Shown one piece after another: positions 8,101 through 16,354 of a DNA stretch of 64,000 nucleotides (positions are counted from its first letter, which is position 1; every line of letters begins with the position of its first letter). Below the pieces are notes generated by a model. That model was not told the origin of the DNA and made no database searches. It saw nothing but the letters and a program-made list of their open reading frames with translations. The position numbers were made by a program, and so were the translations under genes. Source of the DNA: a bacterium (GTDB lineage Bacteria; Bacillota_I; Bacilli_A; RFN20; CAG-826); the NCBI GenBank assembly GCA_963643345.1, contig CAVIJK010000001.1, positions 14,390-78,389 on the forward strand, in the 5' to 3' direction.

Positions 8101-10485
8101 ATTGACGCGTCAAAGGTCACAAACGTTTTAGCGGAGTTAGCAAGAAGCCAAATTTTCAATTCGTTGAAAGACGGAGAAGAATTTACCGCATTCGATGCAT
8201 CATACGCCTCACTTATGACAACCGAAGGCATATCGGACCTCTATTATTATGAAAACAATCCGCTAGATGCTGCTGCATCTTACACAACGCCATCTGAAAA
8301 GGCCAAGGCTGTGGCAAAAATTACTTGGAAGCCTTTGGATTTGACGAGCGATATCAATACATATGATGTCTCAAATATCAACGGCGATGTAGATTCTTTG
8401 AAATATGTCTTCTCTTATTTCGTCGATCCTGCAAATTCGGGTGTCATTAATTCACTCAATGGCGGCGCTGCTTCATTGAGTGGAGATGTTATTTACGGTG
8501 CTTTAACAAGACTCAATTCTTGCTCACTAACCTGCGATATGGTCCCAAATATTATTGATAAGACACTTAATGATTCGTCGTTCTCTCTAGGCTCAATTAA
8601 TATCAAGAGGGCGAATCCTTTCTATTGCTATGATGGCTCTTGGGGAGATAAGTACGACGATGACGAAATCGAATCAATAGCCTCTATAATAACTCACAAC
8701 AATAATATGAAGGACAGCGGTGGAGATAGCATCCTATCCAATCTTGATAGCGCAACATTCACTAGCGCCACGGTTGATGAATTGAAAGCGATGTTAACCT
8801 CTATGAACGAGAGCAAGGTCTTCCATCTTGCTGGCGCAAGAGATGGCTCTATGCACTATGAATCGTCGGTTGATTCATGGAAAGAATCGTGGACTGTATT
8901 TGAACAGGTTTTAGCAACCATCTACGACAAATCAAATCTTGCATTGCTATCTTATGATTCAACTATAGATTCGTCATTTGCTTCTTATAGCGAAAAATTA
9001 GCGTACAGAATGGATGAATTCCGTAATGGCACACTCGATTCTTTGCATGGAAATGACGCGAATCGTTATGAGATTGAGATTGACGCTTTGTGCAACGCGA
9101 TAGACCTCGCAATTGACATGAATCTTGTTTCTTCGGGATTAAATCTTGGCTCGTTCTCACTTGACTCACTTTCCCCTGCCGACATCAAAACGCTATCGTA
9201 TGCTTTAAATAATATGGATATCGTATGTGATGCTCTACCTAACAAGATAGTTTCATTCGTTTCAACAATGGGACTTAACAAATATAGCGATGTTAACGTT
9301 GGCGGAGAGAAGGTTAATGTTGCCAATTATTTCGTCGGACAACAAGCGATGAAGGATGGGGCTATTGAATCGATATACGTCTTGGCGAATGCCGTTTATG
9401 AAGTCGATCACTACATTGTTCTTGATGGTTCAGGCTCAGTCAATATGAGTGAGTGGATACTCAAAGACGGTAAGTTCTCATCCGTTCTCGAATTCATCGA
9501 TGAGCCAAACGGTTTCTTTGCTGGAGAAAAGTATGTTGGCGTATCTTCAACCGGCGATCGTTTGGAGACCATGTCCAAGGTAGATGGAACGTCCTATGAC
9601 TTTACCGCCAGAGACGTGTTCTTCTATAACGTTTCGAATTTCGATATCAATGGAAGCGTTGCCAATTTTGGATCATATCTTGGAAATGGCGATTCGCTCA
9701 TAGAGGATTTGAAAGGTTCTAGAACGGCATTTGACAAAATTTCAAAGACGAGTGATGCATATTTGGAGGAAGAAGATGCCTTGAGGTCCTCCATCATTAA
9801 TTTGGGGACGGTCTATGCCGCTTTGTCTTCCGCTTCTTCCTTGACAGCTATTCCGACTCATTTAGCTGAGTTTGAAGCGCTGTCTAACGCTTCCATCATC
9901 TCTTCCGTCGAATCGTTGTTTGATTATTCGATTTTGAATAACGGCTATATTTCTGAAAGATACGCTTCTGGTCTCTTAGGAGAACCTCTTTATAGAGCTA
10001 ACATCTATATTAATGGTAACGCATATTACACAGCGATATTCGATTCAACTCTTGGAATGGCCGGATATCCATATCCTTCAAGCTATTACGATGGCTCTAA
10101 TGTAAGGCTGCGTTCATCGTATGATTCTAATTCGGTTTTGACTAATTACTCATTCTTCGATAGCGGCGATATCTCAAGCGAAGACGTTAAGAAAGCGTAT
10201 TTGAGTATGCTCACAATCACTCAAGAAATCGGAATCAACGCCACAACCTCATCGCATGCCTTAGATTCGTCCAAATTGTCTTCTGCATTCGCAACAATCG
10301 ATGCGTTGGCGAGCAATTCAAGGGTTGATGCCCTCACAAAATTATTCTATCTCTCTTCCACATATGACTACCTCCTTAATAGAGGTACATTCCACGGCTC
10401 GTACCTCTCGACTCCGGAGTGCGATGTGCCAAATCCATTTGACTCATCGTTTACGTATGGTGGATTATCATCGTTAATTGCTTAG
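2158..10485 (+). CDS. giant (2775 aa) membrane-anchored acidic repeat protein of unknown function
   Basis: Single uninterrupted ORF. About four predicted N-terminal TM helices are followed by >2400 aa of Asp/Ser/Glu/Asn-rich sequence with recurring motifs (S-x-VFNTL, W-EEID, TLHSVLP, N-YD-EIE-LS-II). No catalytic motif recognised. Confidence 0.8.
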   Translation: MLADIVTIVNYGLIGVVVFIAVALLYFFFRGLSRGWRYGTYRIVMFAIFFVACFVSLKSLANVLGNLNLSSFAIPDFNISIPNGDETIVLSAHVTTAYQTGSSLIEQLLKAYNVNVDPERLSQYSMALTQSLLAMVLMMVESLVIVTLGNLLVMVIWHLIVKRFISKDKRKQKLKKGKLISGFEELLIGTVCLCMLIAPLSAMVNSTSASWKSASKEDAKTQKRVEADNSTYQLVNDVLNTYDKSVFSQLFFSWAKNENGQTLDVSLMEYLTTVNLGTSSVNFLNELSALTKSASYAVQGGILSEQGFQKQNVGAFISSEFAPELVRSLGASSLVTTIFPYAVAVASNMDSIAKYVKTDAGLDIDYTYDYAKTFDDLANLYEAVVDSGVINEILNEDLSLKDPDEYLTQDFIEENRGILETVLSSLDDDSMHLFDSIVESALFVRCAEEAEKEAADPEAYKTKLMIKDFLPDFENADEDGNGIPDRVPASYRAIKWGDELANVVDPVLDLMCIDPDVISVVLNTIDGGDLEYSDLIKITVDNYDAVLSVVCGAESSSDTNVKEARKSNKGLLQSSFVERAMNKLLAILSDQLNSMLKLDGEFAIDLSDVMEQLSDEDMDVQISNVTNEVRRMFGVVTEFINTEAGSEFLKNLDTMPGVYFDKDGKFLGVDDNLLSSLSSALVKLDDSLIIQEVMPKALGGFLSGNDSPLKSMNLGDIHLDFSVDNIGEELSELIVQFSKCQELVSYIMSIGTISTDDVASASSALSGLAKYSDQLLDFLLFVADSKIINPAVDGKQNYNIAEILKTLLNSVFKDPTSTIESVVFSSDFDIDSELESVVNLLVDFDKYNVVELALGVDSNTLDLSIFSSIDFVDLFSNIDGSKLMSSLVGDYLDELLFNEGGAMHVDGADVSFKNVVSWSYEGKTINTLVKAATEIGDLKNIDFFNSDPYAVESIILALSQSSLFVSDDGYQFSNYIAGLLVSNIEKAGSDVAKIFADNDGVSYSNLEYSIKSVSKEEWEDEAHSLSQILRYLSPCKNVISDSNINLKEINLNAVENLLECVTDSKAFGMVVVPNFYNTIIDALTSKGMDAFNNANTDFIYTANFDDIHYENRQLIKILEAAMDPVYGVVADDGSVKKTDVNSVDSYYLANPLLKALADSHVFNSLSDKQISDGVTMTALEKEFSTLLGSSSLFESQDKVDKAILSVTKGVTNFAKRVDLWNEEIDHFTDVLTSMQELEIDLNDFSFDDFFPNGKDETKRQQLENVLNDINESQILHSVLPYQIDKSVDLLSEKLGSYSIENINAYYTGLDEDGLANRYDEIEIENLSYIIQDGLTIGELDVTSLHGEKVDNLMDLMKRLSSSNVFNTIRDSISEYEMTAFESVYYQALNKAGVYKDSNQLKASVYQVTDGMRSDLSKLGSRGDMWEEEIDLLHQTFIDLDEIGFDLNNFDYDALDESQEGQLADILNDVDKTTTLHAILPLEIEEAVKKVDDALGEGVSIGTVNSRYNGTSILYYGDGLSVSVPNRYNNETECEHIARIAVKGIHMGSVDLSKGNTDTKFVSLLTDMGYSNVFNTLPEGNYGEELTSLETVYSTSLKKSDIYDTNVSQAVSLMVTEGESDLFKRGEAWEEELVHVKDIVDALGNIDIDINDFNLNDLFDGGSRDETNRQLFLNLLNRLSDSSTLHSVVPLKMRSSMNSYRDSLNSDLVSFENANYDYMGKTVYNFLDADKGSVSLPNAYEYDENETLSYIIMEASTLPDEDISDLTAIDTAPYTSLMKKLSSSHVFNTLEEGVTHSIDALTSFENTYVSILDEGDAYKDYGSNELVVCRTVTIEATSGITDFESVKSTWDDEIDMLDQIFADYKKCGFTMQSINLTNLFPTSASEDEAEANRLDFKELLDDLNSSLTMHSTIHNTVDEAIAKVSKRFGVESMDNANIFYTGYSDKTYKLGNKYTDDEIEMLSLIVKDAMRMPSIDKSDLSTIDASKVTNVLAELARSQIFNSLKDGEEFTAFDASYASLMTTEGISDLYYYENNPLDAAASYTTPSEKAKAVAKITWKPLDLTSDINTYDVSNINGDVDSLKYVFSYFVDPANSGVINSLNGGAASLSGDVIYGALTRLNSCSLTCDMVPNIIDKTLNDSSFSLGSINIKRANPFYCYDGSWGDKYDDDEIESIASIITHNNNMKDSGGDSILSNLDSATFTSATVDELKAMLTSMNESKVFHLAGARDGSMHYESSVDSWKESWTVFEQVLATIYDKSNLALLSYDSTIDSSFASYSEKLAYRMDEFRNGTLDSLHGNDANRYEIEIDALCNAIDLAIDMNLVSSGLNLGSFSLDSLSPADIKTLSYALNNMDIVCDALPNKIVSFVSTMGLNKYSDVNVGGEKVNVANYFVGQQAMKDGAIESIYVLANAVYEVDHYIVLDGSGSVNMSEWILKDGKFSSVLEFIDEPNGFFAGEKYVGVSSTGDRLETMSKVDGTSYDFTARDVFFYNVSNFDINGSVANFGSYLGNGDSLIEDLKGSRTAFDKISKTSDAYLEEEDALRSSIINLGTVYAALSSASSLTAIPTHLAEFEALSNASIISSVESLFDYSILNNGYISERYASGLLGEPLYRANIYINGNAYYTAIFDSTLGMAGYPYPSSYYDGSNVRLRSSYDSNSVLTNYSFFDSGDISSEDVKKAYLSMLTITQEIGINATTSSHALDSSKLSSAFATIDALASNSRVDALTKLFYLSSTYDYLLNRGTFHGSYLSTPECDVPNPFDSSFTYGGLSSLIA
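5450..9100 (+). repeat. about six divergent tandem protein-level modules (~600–670 nt / ~200–220 aa each) inside the giant CDS
   Basis: The motif 'S(S/N/H)VFN(T/S)L' recurs at approx nt 5635, 6241, 6866, 7504, 8147 and 8815, which is 606–668 nt spacing. Each copy is followed by 'W(E/D)EEID..L', 'DL/F..NDLF', 'TLH(S/A)VLP' and 'N(R)YD(D)EIE(I/M)LS.II.D'. Similarity is at protein level only; the DNA has diverged. Confidence 0.7.
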
Positions 10486-11098
10486 TATGTCTCAGTTATT
10501 ACCATATCAAGAATATACAAGCGAAATTAAAGTTCTAGGATCGCGCTTCATAGCCGTTCTAGAACCGATTCTCGATGAGAGTGAGATAGATGCCCATCTT
10601 GAACGTTTAAAGTCTCTATACCCTAAGGCGACGCATTATTGCTACGCTTCTAGGTTTGGACCAAACGAGAGGATGAGCGATGATGGTGAACCATCGCGCA
10701 GTGCTGGAATGCCGCTTTTGACGATATTACGACAGCACGGAATAACACAGGCTCTTGTCCTTGTTATCAGGTATTTCGGGGGAACCAAACTAGGGTTGCC
10801 TAGACTGACAAGAACTTATAGAGATGCGGCGGAAGACGTTATCGCAAAGGCTAAATTTGCTACCATAATCGATGGTTCTACCGAGACATTGACCATGAGC
10901 TATGCCAATTACGATTACGTCAAAAAACTTGTCGCAAAGACAAACCTCGAAATGTATGGCGAAGTATTTTCCGAGGAAGTGACCATCACCTTAAAAGGCG
11001 AAACTGAGTCACTAACAAAATTCGTATCTTCCCTCCCTTATGAGATCTGCAGGGGAGATGTTACACCGATTAAATTATTAAAGGAGGCAAAACAATGA
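10478..11098 (+). CDS. yigZ: YigZ / IMPACT-family (UPF0029) protein
   Basis: The conserved 'GSRF.A...P', 'Y..AS(R)FG', 'DDGEP...AG.P.L' and 'V.RYFGG.KLG' blocks are typical of the family. Its start overlaps the end of the giant gene. Confidence 0.7.
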   Translation: MLSMSQLLPYQEYTSEIKVLGSRFIAVLEPILDESEIDAHLERLKSLYPKATHYCYASRFGPNERMSDDGEPSRSAGMPLLTILRQHGITQALVLVIRYFGGTKLGLPRLTRTYRDAAEDVIAKAKFATIIDGSTETLTMSYANYDYVKKLVAKTNLEMYGEVFSEEVTITLKGETESLTKFVSSLPYEICRGDVTPIKLLKEAKQ

Positions 11099-12387
11099 TC
11101 CCTTCAAACGAATATGCTGCAAGAAGACAGAGAATCATCTCCGTCATGGAAGAAGACAGCATCATGGTTCTTTTCTCAGGAGTTGAGAAAGTTTCCAGCG
11201 CGGATGAATATTACCCATTCGAGGTAAACCGCAACTTCTATTATTTAACAGGTATCGATCAACCTGACTCAAGTTTGATCCTCGTCAATACCGATGGGGA
11301 AATAAGAGAATTCCTATTTGTTTCACCATTCGATCCGGTTAAGGAAAAATGGTATGGTAAGAGACTCACTTTGCAGGAAGCGTCAAAGATTTCTGGAATT
11401 TCCAATGTGCAAGTCAACACAACAATCATGGCAAAGGTGGCCGCTATACTTGACCCAACTCTTGCCCAATATGGAGAAATCTCGCATGTGTATTTGGACT
11501 TTGAGCCAGAGATTAAAATCGCAGATGAGACCACGACTAGAGATTACAAAGACACTCTTGCCGCTTCATTCCCGTCCGTCGAGATTCTTGACGCATATCC
11601 ATTGATCACGACTTTGAGGCTTAGAAAGTCCAATAAGGAAATCGAGGAGATGAGAAGCGCAATCAGATCGACTAAACTTGGCATCTATTCGGTAATGAAA
11701 GATATGGCGGATGGAAAACGCGAGTTTGAAATGGCTGACACATTCCTCCACACAATCAATGACGATAATGGATATCAGGGCTTGGCGTTCACGACTATTA
11801 TGGCTGCCGGCAAAAACGCTACTTGTTTGCATTATAGAACCCTTCAAGGCACCATGCACGATGGCGACCTTCTCCTTATGGATTTAGGAGCAAGAAACGG
11901 CTATTACTGCGCCGATGTTTCGCGTACAGTCCCAGTAAACGGAAAATTCACAAAAGAGCAGAAAGAGATTTATAACATTGTTCTTGGGGCCAATAAGATG
12001 GTCGCTTCGATTCTTAAACCAGGCGTTACTATCGAAGAATTGCAACAGGCGACAATCATGTATCTCGCTGAGGAATGCTTGGCGAAAGGCTATATCTCCA
12101 AAAAAGAAGATATCATGAATTATTATTTCCATGGCGTTTCACATTTAATTGGCCTGGACACACATGACGCGTATTTTGCCCCAAATTCAAGGGAATCGAA
12201 AAAGATTAAGCTTGAACCGGGAATGATTATCTCGGATGAGCCAGGCTTATATATGGCAGATAGGGGAATCGGAATTAGAATCGAAGACGACTTGTTAGTC
12301 ACCGAAGATGGATGTGAAGTCTTAACCGCGGAGATTATTAAAGAAGTCGATGACATCGAAGCGTATCTTGCAACAAAGAAAAAATAA
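11095..12387 (+). CDS. pepP: Xaa-Pro aminopeptidase (M24B family)
   Basis: Has an N-terminal creatinase-like domain and a C-terminal 'HGVSHLIGLDTHD' (HGxxHxxGLxVHD) metal-binding signature. There is a 4-nt overlap with the upstream gene. Confidence 0.8.
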   Translation: MIPSNEYAARRQRIISVMEEDSIMVLFSGVEKVSSADEYYPFEVNRNFYYLTGIDQPDSSLILVNTDGEIREFLFVSPFDPVKEKWYGKRLTLQEASKISGISNVQVNTTIMAKVAAILDPTLAQYGEISHVYLDFEPEIKIADETTTRDYKDTLAASFPSVEILDAYPLITTLRLRKSNKEIEEMRSAIRSTKLGIYSVMKDMADGKREFEMADTFLHTINDDNGYQGLAFTTIMAAGKNATCLHYRTLQGTMHDGDLLLMDLGARNGYYCADVSRTVPVNGKFTKEQKEIYNIVLGANKMVASILKPGVTIEELQQATIMYLAEECLAKGYISKKEDIMNYYFHGVSHLIGLDTHDAYFAPNSRESKKIKLEPGMIISDEPGLYMADRGIGIRIEDDLLVTEDGCEVLTAEIIKEVDDIEAYLATKKK

Positions 12388-12448
12388 ATAATCAGCCTAC
12401 AGCAATGTGGGCTTTTTTCTTTCATCATAGAGTTTATAATAAACTCAT

Positions 12449-13930
12449 ATGAAGAAATACATCTTGGCAGTAGACCAGGGCACGACATCGACACGTGCCA
12501 TTTTAATCAACAAAAAGGGCGAGGAAGTCTATAAAGCTCAACGCCCAGTCGATTGCTATTTTCCTAAAGCGGGATGGGTAGAACAAAGCGCGGATAACAT
12601 TTGGGTTTCCGTAGTTGATGTCATCAACGAATTGATGATTGTCAGCAGCGCTAAATGGGAAGAGATTGCCGGAATTGGTATAACCAACCAGCGTGAGACC
12701 ACGGTGGTGTGGGATAAAGCGACGGGTAAAGCTATTCACAACGCTATTGTCTGGCAGTCAAAGCAAACTCAAAAGATTTGCGACCGTTACGAAAAGAAGA
12801 AATCTTTCATAGCCGATAAAACGGGGCTTAGATTAAACTCGTATTTTTCATCGTCTAAAATAAGATTCATTTTAGAAGCGGTTCCAGGTGCAGAAGAAAA
12901 AGCCAAGAATGGGGACCTTTTATTTGGAACAATTGAGACATGGCTTATATATAAAATGACAAACGGTGCAGTGCATGCAACCGATGTTTCAAATGCCTCC
13001 CGTACTGCGTTATTCAATATCTATGATATGAAGTGGGACGATGAACTTTGTTCTCTTTGGAAAGTGCCTACTTGCATGCTTCCTGAAGTCAAGGATTCTT
13101 CATGTGATTACGGTGAGGCCACTTTTTTCCCTGGGCATGTTCATATTTATGGAGTTGCAGGTGATCAACAATCCGCGTTATTTGGTCAATGCTGTTTTAA
13201 GGAAGGCGAATCCAAGAATACATATGGCACCGGGTGTTTCATGTTGATGAACACCGGAAAGAGCCCGATTAAAACTAAATCGGGACTACTAACCACTGTT
13301 GCTTGGAGAATTAAAGGCGAGACAACCTACGCTTTAGAAGGCTCCGTTTTTATTGGCGGTGCTGTTGTCCAATGGATTCGCGATCAAACAAGATGGATTG
13401 AAGATTCAAGAGATTCCGAATACTATGCTTCTAAAGTCCATGATACGGCTGGCGTTTATTTTGTTCCGGCATTTGTCGGTCTTGGAACGCCATATTGGGA
13501 TGATGACGCAAGAGGCGCAATTTTTGGGTTGACTAGAGGCGCCGATAGACATCACATAACCAGAGCTGCGATATATTCAATCGCCTACCAGTCCAAAGAC
13601 GTGATTGACGCCATGAAGAAAGACGCCGGCCTTGACTTACCGGTATTAAAAGTTGATGGTGGCGCATCGGCAAACGGAATGCTCATGCAGTTCCAATCCG
13701 ATATTCTTCAATGTGAGGTAAGAATTCCGAAAAATGTCGAAACAACCGCTTTAGGTGCTGGTTATCTTGCTGGTCTTGCTTGTGGTTTTTGGAAGGATTT
13801 GGAAGATATTGAGAAGAATGTAGGCATTCAAAAACGTTTCTTTCCTAAGATGGACCCAGATGAGGCCGATAAACTTTGCCACGGATGGTCTAAAGCGGTT
13901 ATCGCTACGCGAGCGTTCAAAACAGAATAA
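12449..13930 (+). CDS. glpK: glycerol kinase
   Basis: FGGY sugar-kinase opening 'ILAVDQGTTSTRAIL' and glycerol-kinase-like blocks throughout the ~493 aa length. Confidence 0.85.
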   Translation: MKKYILAVDQGTTSTRAILINKKGEEVYKAQRPVDCYFPKAGWVEQSADNIWVSVVDVINELMIVSSAKWEEIAGIGITNQRETTVVWDKATGKAIHNAIVWQSKQTQKICDRYEKKKSFIADKTGLRLNSYFSSSKIRFILEAVPGAEEKAKNGDLLFGTIETWLIYKMTNGAVHATDVSNASRTALFNIYDMKWDDELCSLWKVPTCMLPEVKDSSCDYGEATFFPGHVHIYGVAGDQQSALFGQCCFKEGESKNTYGTGCFMLMNTGKSPIKTKSGLLTTVAWRIKGETTYALEGSVFIGGAVVQWIRDQTRWIEDSRDSEYYASKVHDTAGVYFVPAFVGLGTPYWDDDARGAIFGLTRGADRHHITRAAIYSIAYQSKDVIDAMKKDAGLDLPVLKVDGGASANGMLMQFQSDILQCEVRIPKNVETTALGAGYLAGLACGFWKDLEDIEKNVGIQKRFFPKMDPDEADKLCHGWSKAVIATRAFKTE

Positions 13931-13945
13931 CGTTCCAATCCGTTA

Positions 13946-16354
13946 TTGAGGAGTATGAGATTTAAAGACAATTTTGAGAAATTTAATAATGCCGTCGTGA
14001 TTGCCCCAAACGAACTTCATGACTCTTTTTTGCGTCTAAAAAACATACATCCAGACCTTGATTTTCAAATAATGGATATCAACCAGTTCGTCTCGATGTT
14101 CATGTATCAATATGATGATAGGGCAGTTATCGATTTGCTTGAGAGGGGATGTTCGTATCGAGAAGCTAATCAGCTTTTAAAATTGATGTCCAGCAAAAGA
14201 TGTGGGCTTCTCTTGAACGATGATTTAAAACAGATTAGACACCAATTGTTAACGGATTATTTCTTATACCCCATCGCCTATCCTGAGAGGACATTTGCCA
14301 ATAAAACAATAATCATATCTGGATATCACTACGATGAGTTCATAAAAGAGTGCCTAAAGGGTATTGATGTTGCCGAAATTATTCGTCTCGATTGCGAAAA
14401 AGCAGAAAATCCTATTCGTTTATACATGTCTTTTAGCGATATTTACGAAGAGGTACATTATTTATTCAACGCCATCGCAGAGGATATTGATTCGGGAACC
14501 GATATAAACGACATCTATGTCCTAGGCGCAGATGAATCTTACGACATGTTATTTAACGATTTCGGAAGACATTATGGATTTGAAATCGAAAGTGGAACAC
14601 CATGCGATTTGGCTCATTCTCAAACCTTCATTAATTATTTGGGCATGATTAACTCAGGAGAAAAAGAGGGCATCTTTGATAAGCTCATTGAAGATGGCTT
14701 CCCTGTTGAGGATGTTGAGTCTATTGAGAAAATGTCTCTCAGGTATTCCGGTGTTTATGATAACCCTGACGATGATTTACTTCTTCTTAAAGAAATCTGC
14801 AAGACAAAATCTGCGTACAAACCCGTTAAAACCAATATCGTAAGAAGACTTAACGGTTTCGTTTGCCCTCAGGGTGCCCATGTTTATATAGTGAATTTTT
14901 CGATGGGAAAATTCCCAAAAATTGTAGAAGAAGATTCTTTCTTCAATGATGAAAAATGTTCTATTTTAGGTTTTATGACCACTTCCCAGAAAAACGAAGA
15001 GACCAAAAAAGAACTTTATGATTTGCTTTTATCTCCAGAAATCAAACTTATCTCCTTTAAAAAGAAAGCGTTTGGTAGCGAATACTTTGAATCATCTTTT
15101 GTTGGAAATCTTTCTTTAGAGGAAGTTAAGTCGCCGCTTTGCAAATATGAATATGCGGATGATAAAGGAGTGTTATTTCTTTCTTCATTCAAAGATAAGT
15201 ATAGAAATTACCTTATCGTGGATAGAAGGCTGCGTGGGCTTGAGAAAGAAATTGATATCCCGGAATACAACACGTTCGATTATAGATTCAAACGCTTTGA
15301 GATCGAGGATAAATACATTAAGAGAAACTATTCGTCTTCTTCGATTAAAACGTTTAATTCATGCCCGTTCAGCTATTATTTGAACCGCGTTTTAGGCATC
15401 GAGACTTTTGAAAAAACTTTTGCTTCGAAATCCGGGACGATCTACCATGATTTTTTGGATTGCTATTACAACGACCCGTTTTTCGATGAAGATATTTCTT
15501 GGTCTAGATGCATCCAAACTCAGGAGGTTAACGGCTACGTTTTTACCAACAAAGAAAGAGCTTTACTCGAAATCATTCATAAATACGCTTTGGATTTGAT
15601 TCAATTTAACAAGACTCACGAAAATGAAATAATCAACAAAACAATTACGACCGAATCGTCATTTAAACAAAAACTTGATTGTAGGCCTGAAGTTAGCATC
15701 AATGGAAGATACGATAAGATTATTGAGTTTGGAGATAAATCACAGTACTACTGCGTAATTGACAATAAAACCGGCTCGGAAAGATTTGATCAATCGATGC
15801 TTTATTATGGATTATCGATTCAGCTCCCTTTCTATGCATATTTTGCTAAGCACGATGAAAAACTTAAGGATAAGGAATTGGTCGGACTCTATATTGCCCC
15901 GTTATTAAGTGTGCCTCTAGTGTCTGACGGCAAAAAAACTTATAAAGAGTTAGAAGAAAAGTCATTTAGACTTGATGGCGTTTTTTTGATGGATGAGAAA
16001 GCGTTAGCGGGTTTTGACCCTAATTTTAGGGATTCTACATATATTGACGGGTGCTCCGTTTCCAAAAAAGGCGATTTTATCGATAGATCTAAACCTGGTT
16101 TTGGAAAGGTTAAAACGAAAGAGCAAATGGATGAACTCGCCAGTAGAGCTGAACAAGTCGTTTTGGACGTGGATGACAAAGTCACGAAAGGGGAGTTTGA
16201 TATTTCTCCTATTCAAATTAAAAACTTGTTCTCTTCCTGTGAACATTGTCATTTCAAAGCCGTTTGTTACAGGGACGAGAAAGATATAAAGAGGCTTCAA
16301 AACCCAAAAGGTATGGAAGATGAAGAGGAGGGTGCTGAAAATGGCGTGGACTGA
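13946..16354 (+). CDS. rexB: AddB/RexB-like helicase-nuclease subunit B (reduced, 802 aa)
   Basis: Sits immediately upstream of addA and overlaps it. The C-terminus has a PD-(D/E)XK-like motif 'CVIDNKTGS' plus Cys ligands ('CPFSYY' … 'CEHCHFKAVC') typical of the AddB Fe-S nuclease domain. No N-terminal Walker A. Confidence 0.6.
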   Translation: MRSMRFKDNFEKFNNAVVIAPNELHDSFLRLKNIHPDLDFQIMDINQFVSMFMYQYDDRAVIDLLERGCSYREANQLLKLMSSKRCGLLLNDDLKQIRHQLLTDYFLYPIAYPERTFANKTIIISGYHYDEFIKECLKGIDVAEIIRLDCEKAENPIRLYMSFSDIYEEVHYLFNAIAEDIDSGTDINDIYVLGADESYDMLFNDFGRHYGFEIESGTPCDLAHSQTFINYLGMINSGEKEGIFDKLIEDGFPVEDVESIEKMSLRYSGVYDNPDDDLLLLKEICKTKSAYKPVKTNIVRRLNGFVCPQGAHVYIVNFSMGKFPKIVEEDSFFNDEKCSILGFMTTSQKNEETKKELYDLLLSPEIKLISFKKKAFGSEYFESSFVGNLSLEEVKSPLCKYEYADDKGVLFLSSFKDKYRNYLIVDRRLRGLEKEIDIPEYNTFDYRFKRFEIEDKYIKRNYSSSSIKTFNSCPFSYYLNRVLGIETFEKTFASKSGTIYHDFLDCYYNDPFFDEDISWSRCIQTQEVNGYVFTNKERALLEIIHKYALDLIQFNKTHENEIINKTITTESSFKQKLDCRPEVSINGRYDKIIEFGDKSQYYCVIDNKTGSERFDQSMLYYGLSIQLPFYAYFAKHDEKLKDKELVGLYIAPLLSVPLVSDGKKTYKELEEKSFRLDGVFLMDEKALAGFDPNFRDSTYIDGCSVSKKGDFIDRSKPGFGKVKTKEQMDELASRAEQVVLDVDDKVTKGEFDISPIQIKNLFSSCEHCHFKAVCYRDEKDIKRLQNPKGMEDEEEGAENGVD

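Noticed and set aside
5450-9100. CRISPR-like or DNA-level tandem repeats
   Set aside because: The periodicity is ~600+ nt and visible only at protein level. There are no short direct DNA repeats with unique spacers, and no cas genes anywhere in the window.
2187-9326. Many 60–154-aa ORFs on the minus strand inside the giant gene (e.g. 2187–2420, 2544–2849, 2880–3203, 3264–3728, 9066–9326)
   Set aside because: They are antisense to a long continuous coding frame with consistent codon bias. They have low-complexity Ser/Leu-rich translations and no RBS, which are typical shadow ORFs.
12388-12448. Weak hairpin plus T-run after pepP (AGCCTA…TGGGCTTTTTT)
   Set aside because: The stem is only ~5–6 bp with a mismatch. 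It may be a weak terminator but is not convincing enough to call.
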